Origin: Planctomycetota bacterium
Lineage (GTDB): Bacteria > Planctomycetota > MHYJ01 > WSZJ01
Reading direction: 5' to 3'
Assembly (NCBI GenBank): GCA_038060895.1
Contig: JBBTCT010000024.1
Coordinates: 64,001 to 128,000, forward strand
Length of the DNA stretch: 64,000 nt
Part shown: piece by piece, positions 55,671 through 64,000 of the stretch
Position numbering within the stretch: the stretch's first letter is position 1
How the letters are laid out: each line of letters opens with the position of its first letter
Program-made: the position numbers and the translations under genes
The notes under the pieces: generated by a model
The model's database searches: none
What the model saw: the letters and a program-made list of their open reading frames with translations, nothing else
Told to the model about the DNA's origin: nothing

Positions 55671-58016
55671 ATGGAAACGACTCCCGCTGCCCCTTTCGAT
55701 GCCCTGCCCGGGTTTCCTGTCCGCCTGTTTACTTCCGTCATTGTCCTGAGCGTGCTTGCACTCGGGTTTTTCATCCTCGGCAACGTCTATGACCGCCGAT
55801 TCGCCAACGAGGACGTTCCGCGCCTCCGGAAGCTGACCGAGTTGAGCGGTGCCATCGTCCACCTCGACGAAGTGCTGACGATGAGCGCCCGGATGGCGTC
55901 CGCAACGGGGGACCCCGCCTGGGAAGCCCGTTACCGGGAATTCGAGCCGAAACTCGACGAGGCGATCAAAGAAGCCCGGCTGCTGGCGGTCACGCTGAAG
56001 AGCGAGGACATCCGCAGAACTGACGAGGCCAACACGCTGCTCGTCGATATGGAGCACCGCGCCTTCGAGCTGGTCCGGCTGGGCCGGCGCGAAGAGGCCG
56101 CGGGGATTCTGCAGGGAGAAAAGTACGCTGTCCAGAAAGCCATCTACGCGAACGGAATCCTGGCGCTGAAGAGGACGCTGGAGCAAGAAGCGGATCGCGC
56201 GGTGGAGAATGCCGGAAACCGCTTCTTTGCCGAGATGATCCCGATTTTCGTGGTCCTGCCGCTCCTGGTCGGCACCTGGTACATGACCGTGCGGAAGATC
56301 GGCCTCTGGCGATCCGCCATGGTGAGCCTGAACACGCGCGTTGTGGAGCGGACGGCCGAGCTTGAGAAGCTGAACCGCGAGCTCGACTCGCGCGTCGCGG
56401 ACCGGACGGAGGGCCTGCGACAGAGCGAGGAACGCTTCCGCCAGCTCGTCGCGCACTTGCACGACGTTTTCTGGATGCGGAGCGTGGATCTTTCGAACGT
56501 GATCTACGTCAGTCCGGCCTACGAGGAAATCTGGGGGCGGTCCTGCGCGTCGCTGGAGGCGGATCCGGGTTCGTGGAAGCGCGCGGTTTCCGAGGGAACG
56601 CGACATGACGCGGAGTCGCTCTTCGTGCAGGCGGCGAAGGGAGAGATGGCCGTGGCCGAATACGAGATTGAGCGGCCCGACGGCTCAAAGCGCTGGATCC
56701 ATGACCAGGCGTTTCCGATCAAGGACATCGCCGGGAGCGTTTACAGGATCGGGGGCATGGCGGAGGACATCACGGAGAAGCGGAATGCGGAGGAGATGTT
56801 GCGCCAGTCGCAGAAGATGCAGGCCATTGGCCGCCTCGCCGGGGGGATCGCGCACGACTTCAACAATCTGCTGACCGTCATCCTTGGGTACGCGGCGGCG
56901 GTGCAGGAAGGGTTCGCGGAAGGATCGGGAGGCCACGCCGACGTATCGGAGATCATCAAGGCCGGCGAGCGCGCTTCGAGCCTGACGCGGCAGCTCCTCG
57001 TCTTCAGCCGCAAACAGGTCGTCCAGCCGAGAAAGCTGGACCTGAACACGGTCATTTCTGAAATGGAGAAAATGCTGCGCCGGCTGATCGGCGAGGACAT
57101 CCAGTTCAACGCGGTCCTGCGGCAGGGGCTCTGGACGGTGCGCACGGACCCCAGCCAGATCCAGCAGGTAGTGATGAACCTGGTTCTGAACGCGCGGGAC
57201 GCGATGCCCGACGGCGGCGCGCTCACGGTCGAGACAGCCAACGTGACGCTCGAAGCGGAACTGTCAAGTCGCTACGGACTCGCCGCCGGGGAGTATGTCC
57301 TGCTCGCCGTCACCGACACCGGGTCGGGGATGACGCCCGAAACCAGGGCACGCCTGTTCGAGCCGTTCTTCACGACCAAGGCCCCCGGACAGGGCACGGG
57401 CCTCGGGCTTTCGACCGTATACGGGATCGTGAGCCAGAGCAGCGGACAGGTCACCGTTTATACGGAGGTCGGCAAGGGTTCGACCTTCAAGGTCTATTTC
57501 CCGCGCATCCTGGAAGGCCAGGACTCAAGTCCCGCCTCCACCATCGCCTCTGCCTCACGAGGCCGCGAACGGCTCCTGGTCGTGGAGGACGAGGACATGG
57601 TGCGCCAGCTCATCAAGGTCCGCCTCGCCGCCCAGGGTTACGAGATCCATGTTGCGCGCAACGGGGTCGAAGCGCTCGCCATCCATGCCGCCACGCCCAC
57701 GAGATTCGACCTGGTCATCACCGACGTCGTTATGCCGCAGCTCGGCGGAGTCGAGCTGGCCCGCCGGCTCGCGGAGACATCTCCCGGCCTGCGCGTCCTC
57801 TTCATGTCCGGCTACCCCGACGGCGCGATCGTCCAGCAGGGTGAATTGCCGGAGGAGACGCCCTTCCTGCAGAAGCCGTTCGCTACCGCGGACCTGCTGT
57901 GCAAGGTTCGGGCGACGCTGGACTCACCCGCCATGAGCCTCGCGAGTCTCCTGCAAGGGCAAGGTCCCGCGGCGGCGGTGCCAAAGCCAGCGAGACAGCA
58001 AGGGGAACTCCCATAG
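55671..58016 (+). CDS. Membrane hybrid sensor kinase (periplasmic helical sensor-PAS-HisKA-HATPase-REC)
   Basis: Two TMs around HLDEVLTMSARM; YVSPAYEEIWG PAS; [15 protein letters not shown]; REC. Confidence 0.93.
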   Translation: METTPAAPFDALPGFPVRLFTSVIVLSVLALGFFILGNVYDRRFANEDVPRLRKLTELSGAIVHLDEVLTMSARMASATGDPAWEARYREFEPKLDEAIKEARLLAVTLKSEDIRRTDEANTLLVDMEHRAFELVRLGRREEAAGILQGEKYAVQKAIYANGILALKRTLEQEADRAVENAGNRFFAEMIPIFVVLPLLVGTWYMTVRKIGLWRSAMVSLNTRVVERTAELEKLNRELDSRVADRTEGLRQSEERFRQLVAHLHDVFWMRSVDLSNVIYVSPAYEEIWGRSCASLEADPGSWKRAVSEGTRHDAESLFVQAAKGEMAVAEYEIERPDGSKRWIHDQAFPIKDIAGSVYRIGGMAEDITEKRNAEEMLRQSQKMQAIGRLAGGIAHDFNNLLTVILGYAAAVQEGFAEGSGGHADVSEIIKAGERASSLTRQLLVFSRKQVVQPRKLDLNTVISEMEKMLRRLIGEDIQFNAVLRQGLWTVRTDPSQIQQVVMNLVLNARDAMPDGGALTVETANVTLEAELSSRYGLAAGEYVLLAVTDTGSGMTPETRARLFEPFFTTKAPGQGTGLGLSTVYGIVSQSSGQVTVYTEVGKGSTFKVYFPRILEGQDSSPASTIASASRGRERLLVVEDEDMVRQLIKVRLAAQGYEIHVARNGVEALAIHAATPTRFDLVITDVVMPQLGGVELARRLAETSPGLRVLFMSGYPDGAIVQQGELPEETPFLQKPFATADLLCKVRATLDSPAMSLASLLQGQGPAAAVPKPARQQGELP

Positions 58017-58092
58017 GCCGGAAGTGTACGACCCGGCCGCACATCCCCATCCCGCCCTCACCCCATCCCCTTCCGTTTCTTATCATACCCCC

Positions 58093-59847
58093 GTGCCCTC
58101 CGACTCCCTCACCCTCCGACAGGCCGTCGTTCTCGGCTATCTCACTGAGGACGAGTACCGAGCTGTCCTGGACCGCTCCGGCGACCCTTCCCAGGCCATC
58201 GCGGAGCTCGTGACCTCGGGAAGACTCTCGAAGTCGCAGCTCGACCTCGCGCGCAGCAGCTCGGACGCGGGCCAGATGACCCAGCGCGCTTCCAACAGCC
58301 CGACGCTCGTCGTGAAATCGAATTCCGGCACTCCCGCCGAGGACCCCGGGCTCATCGGCCGCACGATCGGCGGTTGCCGCATCGAAGGCGCGATCGGCGC
58401 CGGCGGCATGGGCGCCGTTTACCGCGCGCGCCACCTCGGGCTCGACAAGATCGTCGCCGTCAAGATCCTCCCGCCCCATTTCGCGCGCTCGCAGGAAATG
58501 ATCGACCGGTTCCAGCGCGAAGCGCGCGCCGTCGCGAAACTCGACCACCCGAACATCGTCGGCGTGCTCAACGTCGGCTTCGAAAGCGGCCTGCACTTCA
58601 TCGTCATGCCCGTCATCGAGGGTGCGAGCCTCACGGACCGCCTCGGCCGCGGAAAAGTCGCGCCGGATGAAACGATCCGGCTCGCGCGCGGCATCGCCGA
58701 AGGCCTCGCGCAGGCCCACCGGAACGGGATCGTCCACCGCGACGTGAAGCCGGACAACATCCTCGTCTCGGGAAGCGGCCTGGCAAAACTCATCGACTTC
58801 GGCCTCGCCCGCGAAGGCGGCGCTTCCGGCCTCACCGAAGCCGGCCAGCTTCTGGGCACGCCGCATTACATGTCGCCGGAGCAGTGCCGCGGGGAAGCGG
58901 CGGACGCGCGAAGCGACGTCTACGCGCTGGGCGCGACGATGTACCACGCGCTGACGGGGCGGCTGCCGTACGAAGCGAAGTCGCTGTACGAGCTGCTGGA
59001 CTCGATCGTGAAGACGCGGCCGAAGGCGCCTCACGAGGTCGCGCCCGAGGTCCCGAAGAACCTGTCGATGTTCGTGCTGTGGATGATGGAGGCGGACCGG
59101 GCGCACCGGCCGGGGACGATGGAGGAGGTGGCGAAGGGTCTCGCGGCTCTGGAACGCGGATCGATGGTGGCGGTGCCGGCGCTCACGCGGCCGGGTGGTT
59201 CGGCGGCGCGGCCGTTCGTGCTGACCGCCATCCTCCTCGTTCTGGTCGGCGTCGCGACCGCAATCTTTGCGAAGCTCTCCTCCAGACCGGACAAGGCGCC
59301 CCGTGATCTCTCCGCGCCGCGCGCCGCGACGCTGGCCCCCCGCAAGGCCCGGCCGCCGCTTCGCCCGCGCTCGGACAAGCACCGGCCGTTTTCCAACACC
59401 GAGAAGTCCTCCATCACGATCCTCGTCGATCCCCCGGATGCCATCGCGACGATCGACAACCAGTACGCCACGACCAGCCTCACCGGCGTCAACGGGCGAT
59501 GCGAGTTCGACAGCATCTACGTCGGGTCGGCCCTGATCCAGGTCCAGGCGCCGGGCTTCGAGCCGTATGAGGAAGACACGCACATTTTCGCGAAGAGCAA
59601 CGGCATGCGCAGCATCCCGCTCGCCCCGATCGCGGCCGACGTCCACTTCGATACTTCCCCGCCGGGAGTCCGGGTCACCCTGGACGGCAAGCCCCACGAA
59701 ACGCCGACGCCCGCCGTCCTCAAGGCCGTTCCCGTCGGCGACCACGCCTACCGCCTCTCGATGCCGGGATACGAGGACATCGAAGGGAAATTCACGGTCG
59801 ACTGGTCCGAACCGTTTTACTTCACCGCGGAGCTGCAGAAAAAGTGA
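58093..59847 (+). CDS. Ser/Thr protein kinase with TM and PEGA domains
   Basis: IGAGGMG, VAVK, HRDVKPDN, DFG, GTPHYMSPE; TSPPGVRVTLDG..TP..GDH..PGY. Confidence 0.92.
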   Translation: MPSDSLTLRQAVVLGYLTEDEYRAVLDRSGDPSQAIAELVTSGRLSKSQLDLARSSSDAGQMTQRASNSPTLVVKSNSGTPAEDPGLIGRTIGGCRIEGAIGAGGMGAVYRARHLGLDKIVAVKILPPHFARSQEMIDRFQREARAVAKLDHPNIVGVLNVGFESGLHFIVMPVIEGASLTDRLGRGKVAPDETIRLARGIAEGLAQAHRNGIVHRDVKPDNILVSGSGLAKLIDFGLAREGGASGLTEAGQLLGTPHYMSPEQCRGEAADARSDVYALGATMYHALTGRLPYEAKSLYELLDSIVKTRPKAPHEVAPEVPKNLSMFVLWMMEADRAHRPGTMEEVAKGLAALERGSMVAVPALTRPGGSAARPFVLTAILLVLVGVATAIFAKLSSRPDKAPRDLSAPRAATLAPRKARPPLRPRSDKHRPFSNTEKSSITILVDPPDAIATIDNQYATTSLTGVNGRCEFDSIYVGSALIQVQAPGFEPYEEDTHIFAKSNGMRSIPLAPIAADVHFDTSPPGVRVTLDGKPHETPTPAVLKAVPVGDHAYRLSMPGYEDIEGKFTVDWSEPFYFTAELQKK

Positions 59848-60620
59848 TCCCTGAAATCATCGCGACGGCGGCCGCGGCGGCCGCAGGCACGGCCGTCGCC
59901 ATCCACGGCATCTTCGCTTCGCGCAGCTGCTTCTGGGGCCCTCTCACCTGGCGCGGCGACGATTCGCCCCCCGCCCGCGTCGCGCTGACGTTCGACGACG
60001 GCCCGCATCCGGAAGCGACTCCGCGCGCGCTCGACCTGCTCGCGAAGGCGGGCGCGCGCGCCGCATTTTTCCTCGTCGGGATGCAGGCCGAAAAGTGGCC
60101 CGCGATCGTGAAGCGGATCGTCGACGAGGGGCACCTCATCGGAAACCACAGCTGGTCGCATTCCAAGTCGGGCGGGTACCAATTCACCGGCTACTGGGAG
60201 AGCGAGATTGTCCGGACTGCGAGCCTTCTCGAGCAGATCGCCGGCGTGCGTCCTGCGTGGTTCCGGCCGCCGTACGTCGTGAAGCAATGGCACATGCATC
60301 GCGCGGTCCGCCGGTGTGGCAACACGATGATCACCTACACGGAGCGCGCGTTCGACGGCGTCGCAACGACTCCCGAGGCGATCGTCGCGCGCCTAGTGCC
60401 GCGCGCGACCGCCGGCGCAATCCTCACGCTTCACGACGGCGTCATTCCCGGCACCCCGCGCCCCATCGAACCGACGCTGGCGGCTCTTCCGAACGTGATC
60501 GAAGGCCTGCGCGCGCGCGGACTCGCCATCGCCCCCCTGGACGAACTCATCGCCGCGGCGCCGTACGCGGCCGCGGCCCGAGCCAAAGCCGCTCCTTCGC
60601 GGATCCACTCAGGCGCTTGA
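59844..60620 (+). CDS. Polysaccharide deacetylase (NodB homology)
   Basis: LTFDDGP, GNHSWSH, FRPPY, LTLHDG. Confidence 0.93.
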   Translation: MIPEIIATAAAAAAGTAVAIHGIFASRSCFWGPLTWRGDDSPPARVALTFDDGPHPEATPRALDLLAKAGARAAFFLVGMQAEKWPAIVKRIVDEGHLIGNHSWSHSKSGGYQFTGYWESEIVRTASLLEQIAGVRPAWFRPPYVVKQWHMHRAVRRCGNTMITYTERAFDGVATTPEAIVARLVPRATAGAILTLHDGVIPGTPRPIEPTLAALPNVIEGLRARGLAIAPLDELIAAAPYAAAARAKAAPSRIHSGA

Positions 60621-60675
60621 TCGCCTGCTTCGCGAATGGCTTCCCTTCGTCGTCCAGCCCGATTGTGATGGAGGG

Positions 60676-61326
60676 TCAGCGTCTGCCTACAGGCAGGGTT
60701 GCCGCAATCATGGCAAATGCAAGGCCGACGGCGATCGGCATCCCTTCTCCCGATCGACACATGTGAAGGAACGCCTGCCCCACTCTCGGATCGAGAATCC
60801 CGATGGGATCCACGGCGTAACCTGACGCGACCCGGCTCGAGTTCAGCCCGATCAGGATCGACATCCAGATCAGCATTGCGAAACCCGGGACGGTTGTCGC
60901 CGCCGAGAGCAAAGTCCAGAATCTTCCGGAAGCACCCTTCGAGCCGGTCCTTACACCCAGGCGCGCCCCGATTCCGGGAAGGATGCCGACCCCGATCGCC
61001 CACGGTCCCATGGCCACGCTCAGGGCGATACACGCAACTCCCCCGAGGATTCCGCCCGCGATTCCACCGACCACCGCGGCCAGCACCAGCATTGTGCCTC
61101 CGAGTTCTTCAGTCCCACCGGTCTCGCGCACGGTCTCCTCGGGCGGCAAGACCGAGCAGTCCCCGCACACGAGGGCCCCTCGCGAGATCACACCGCAGTA
61201 GTGGCAGATCGGCCTCGAGCACCGGGGGCATGGCCGCCGCGTTTTCTCGTACGACTTCTCGCAACACCGGGCACTCATGCCGCAAATCTTACAGCGGATC
61301 TCCCCAGCCAATGTCGTCGGTACCAA
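60676..61326 (-). CDS. Cys-rich zinc-binding membrane protein
   Basis: CKIC..CPRCSRPICHYC..CGDC followed by about four TM helices; start uncertain. Confidence 0.6.
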   Translation of the reverse strand: MVPTTLAGEIRCKICGMSARCCEKSYEKTRRPCPRCSRPICHYCGVISRGALVCGDCSVLPPEETVRETGGTEELGGTMLVLAAVVGGIAGGILGGVACIALSVAMGPWAIGVGILPGIGARLGVRTGSKGASGRFWTLLSAATTVPGFAMLIWMSILIGLNSSRVASGYAVDPIGILDPRVGQAFLHMCRSGEGMPIAVGLAFAMIAATLPVGRR

Positions 61327-61340
61327 AGGAAAAAAGGCCT

Positions 61341-61560
61341 GGCCACAGAGGGCACAGGAGACACAGAGAAAGTAACTTCGGTCGCCTTGGTCGGAGAAAT
61401 TCCGTGTCTCTCCGTTCCTCCGTGTGCTCCGTGTTCAGGCGGTTGTTTCCCTTCTCCCGAAGGCGACTCCCCGTGGTCACCGGAAAAAACGACGAACACG
61501 GAAAACACGGAGGACCGGAGGCACACAGAAGGGCATGCGCGATGCACACAGAGACGGGGT
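61341..61560. repeat. CACAGAG/CACGGAG and CTCCGTG inverted short-repeat array
   Basis: CCACAGAGGGCACAGGAGACACAGAG ... TCCGTGTCTCTCCGTTCCTCCGTGTGCTCCGTGTTC ... GAACACGGAAAACACGGAGG. Confidence 0.75.
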
Positions 61561-61740
61561 GCTCGGGAGGTGTCACAGGGAACTTCGTTGAGGCCTGGAT
61601 GACCCCCACGGGGGAAGTGCGCGATCGTCCGGGCGGCCTTGCAATTCCGGCCCTGTACCCCCATCTCGCCTCCGCCTTGCGCTTCGAGCCTCAATAGCGT
61701 CCAATACAGGGCTCCCCGCACCTCCCCCACGAGCGACACC

Positions 61741-63420
61741 ATGCCCCGCTGCGTCATCGTCCAGTCCGATCGCTCCATCCTCCTCGAGGTTGATACCCCG
61801 GGGTTCGAGGAAGCGCGGGACCTCCTCGCACGTTTCGCGGAGCTCGAGAAGTCGCCCGAGCACGTCCACACCTATCGCGTCTCCCCGCTCTCCCTCTGGA
61901 ACGCCGCGTCCGCCGGCATGCCCGCCTCCGAGATCATCTCGGGCCTCGAGAAACACGCGAAGTACGACATCCCCCAGAACGTCCGCGCCGAAATCCGCGA
62001 GCAGATGGCGCGGTTCGGGAGGGTGAAGCTGGAAGCCGCGGCGAACGGGTTTGTGCTGAAGTGCGCCGAGCCGGCGCTGTCGCTTCAGCTCTGGTCGAAC
62101 AACAAGATCCGCCCGCTGCTGGCGGAGAGGCTCGACGCGCTGACGATCCGGATCGAGACGGTGCAGCGCGGGCCGGTGAAACAGGCGCTTCTCAAGCTCG
62201 GCTGGCCCGTCGAGGACCTGGCGGGGTACGTGGAAGGAGACGCGCTCAAGTTCGAGGTGCGCGCGAACCGCGTCGCGGGGCCGGGGTGGGGGCTGCGGGG
62301 GTACCAGAAGGAAGCGGCGGACGCGTTCTGGGCGGGCGGGGCGACGAAAGGCGGAAGCGGCGTGGTGGTGTTGCCGTGCGGCGCCGGCAAGACGATGGTG
62401 GGGCTGGCGGCGATGTCGAAGGTGGGGATGCGGACGCTGATCCTCTGCACGAACGTGATCGCGGCGCGGCAGTGGCGGGACGAGCTGCTGGACAAGACGA
62501 CGCTGACGAAGGATGACATCGGGGAATACACGGGTCACTCGAAGGAAATCAAGCCGGTGACGATCGCGACGTACCAGATCCTCACGTGGCGCAAAAAGAA
62601 GTCGGACCCGTTCCTGCACTTTGAGATTTTCAACAAGGCGAACTGGGGCTTGATCATCTACGACGAAGTGCATCTGCTGCCCGCTCCGGTGTTCCGAGCG
62701 ACGGCGGAAATCCAGGCGCGGCGGCGGCTCGGGCTGACGGCGACGCTGGTGCGCGAGGACGGGCACGAGGGGGATGTCTTCAGCCTCATCGGCCCGAAGA
62801 AGTACGACGTGCCGTGGCGGGTGCTGGAGAAGCAGGGCTGGATCGCGGCCGCAGTGTGCCGCGAGATCCGCGCGGACCTCGCCCCCGAGGAGCGGATGCG
62901 ATACGCCGCTTCAGGCGACCGGGAGCAATTCCGGATCGCGAGCGAGAACCCGGCGAAGGTGGACGTGGTGAAGATGCTGCTGGGGCGGCACGAGCGCGAC
63001 CAGGTGCTGATCATCGGCCAGTACCTCGAGCAGGTGCTGGGGCTGGCGGAAGGGCTGGGCGCGCCGGCGATCACGGGGAAAACGCCCGTGAGGGAGCGGG
63101 AAGAAGCGTACGGGGCGTTCCGTGAAGGGCGGCGGAACCTGCTCGTGCTGTCGAAGGTCGGAAATTTCAGCCTGGATCTTCCGGATGCGAACGTGCTGAT
63201 CCAGGTGAGCGGGACGTTCGGATCGAGGCAGGAAGAAGCGCAGCGGCTCGGGCGGGTCCTTCGTCCGAAGTCGGACGGCGGGAAGGCGCATTTTTACAGC
63301 CTGGTGACGCGGGCGACGAGCGAAGAGGACTTTGCGCAGAAGCGGCAGCTGTTTCTGACGGAGCAGGGCTACCGGTATGAGGTGATCGATGCCGGGGCGG
63401 TGACTAAGGAGAAGGACTAA
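61741..63420 (+). CDS. DNA repair helicase XPB/Rad25 (bacterial)
   Basis: IVQSDRSILLE..ELEKSPEHVHTYR; LPCGAGKT; DEVH; GLTAT; GSRQEEAQRLGR. Confidence 0.95.
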   Translation: MPRCVIVQSDRSILLEVDTPGFEEARDLLARFAELEKSPEHVHTYRVSPLSLWNAASAGMPASEIISGLEKHAKYDIPQNVRAEIREQMARFGRVKLEAAANGFVLKCAEPALSLQLWSNNKIRPLLAERLDALTIRIETVQRGPVKQALLKLGWPVEDLAGYVEGDALKFEVRANRVAGPGWGLRGYQKEAADAFWAGGATKGGSGVVVLPCGAGKTMVGLAAMSKVGMRTLILCTNVIAARQWRDELLDKTTLTKDDIGEYTGHSKEIKPVTIATYQILTWRKKKSDPFLHFEIFNKANWGLIIYDEVHLLPAPVFRATAEIQARRRLGLTATLVREDGHEGDVFSLIGPKKYDVPWRVLEKQGWIAAAVCREIRADLAPEERMRYAASGDREQFRIASENPAKVDVVKMLLGRHERDQVLIIGQYLEQVLGLAEGLGAPAITGKTPVREREEAYGAFREGRRNLLVLSKVGNFSLDLPDANVLIQVSGTFGSRQEEAQRLGRVLRPKSDGGKAHFYSLVTRATSEEDFAQKRQLFLTEQGYRYEVIDAGAVTKEKD

Positions 63421-63528
63421 TATCGAAATATCGAATATCTAATATCTAATTTCTAATGGCCTGCTGCGTGCGGGATCGCCTCCATCGCAGTGACCATTGG
63501 ATATTAGATATTCGATATTAGATATTTC
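63419..63528. repeat. Inverted AATATCT/AGATATT heptamer array
   Basis: AATATCGAAATATCGAATATCTAATATCTAATTTCTAATGG ... CCATTGGATATTAGATATTCGATATTAGATATTTC. Confidence 0.9.
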
Positions 63529-63568
63529 TCAATTAAGCCGTTCCCCCCAAAGCCAGGCAAACACCCCG

Positions 63569-64000
63569 ATGCGCAAAAAAACCTCCTGGTCTCACCTCCC
63601 TCACCCGGGTCCCGACCCTACCCGCACCAAGACTCTCCGTGAAATCTTCGACTCCCTCGGCGACGGCTCCCTCCTCCTCATCTCCCAGGGGCGCCTCCCT
63701 CCGCGCCCCACCCCCCGCACCCGCGTCCAGCTCGCCGACGAGCTCGCCGACATCTTCGTCCACACCGAGGTCTTCAAGCGCGCCTGGTGGGAGACGCGGC
63801 CCGAGCTGCGCGAGACCTTCTGGCGCTGCCTCGACACGCTCTACCGCGACGGCGGCTGGTCGAAGTTCAAGGACTTCCCTGAGCCTCCGACCCCGCAGGA
63901 ACTCCACGACCTCGAGTGCGCAGGCCTGCTCTTCCCGATCCCTTCCGCCGTCCGCCCGCAGTTCCTCGCGCTCCCCTACGAGTGGTTCTTCATGCCCGAC
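63569..64000 (+). CDS. Hypothetical protein, 3' partial (possibly XPB-associated)
   Basis: Open frame MRKKTSW...LECAGLLF...LALPYE runs to the window end; identity inferred from position only. Confidence 0.55.
   Translation, partial: MRKKTSWSHLPHPGPDPTRTKTLREIFDSLGDGSLLLISQGRLPPRPTPRTRVQLADELADIFVHTEVFKRAWWETRPELRETFWRCLDTLYRDGGWSKFKDFPEPPTPQELHDLECAGLLFPIPSAVRPQFLALPYEWFFMPD

Noticed and set aside
61201-61602. ORF with TEGTGDTE/TENTE repeats
   Set aside because: Translation of the DNA repeat array; no downstream conserved domain.
3700-63530. Short repeat arrays as possible CRISPR
   Set aside because: Units are 7-9 nt tandem or inverted, with no constant repeat plus unique spacer pattern, and no cas genes are present.

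Overview
This is a high-GC bacterial chromosome segment. Its gene content (ECF sigma factor, N-methyl-pilin, prenyltransferase-repeat and HEAT proteins, Ser/Thr kinases) suggests Planctomycetota; this is an inference. Housekeeping genes (cspA, ilvE, rluE, fbp, GDPD, ABC exporter, amidase, XPB helicase) flank a tRNA-Asp(GTC) gene at 35224-35297 that serves as an integration site. A ~6.5 kb satellite-like element follows it (tyrosine integrase, RHH, excisionase, Prim-Pol/AAA helicase, sigma-like protein). Two downstream copies of the tRNA anticodon-arm core (41795, 44613) bracket a single hybrid histidine kinase gene. Highlights the ORF track does not show: (1) a secreted thioredoxin-HEAT protein with an in-frame UGA in a UxxC motif plus a SECIS-like hairpin, a probable selenoprotein (24344-25435); (2) a 35-aa His-rich micro-lipoprotein (53628-53735); (3) two copies of a ~110-nt hairpin element with compensatory substitutions (6787, 16780); (4) about ten intergenic short-period repeat arrays, most in inverted pairs. 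Also present are a His/Cys-repeat lipoprotein and a large secreted protein with a candidate ADP-ribosyltransferase tip. All calls come from reading motifs by eye; no database searches were run.
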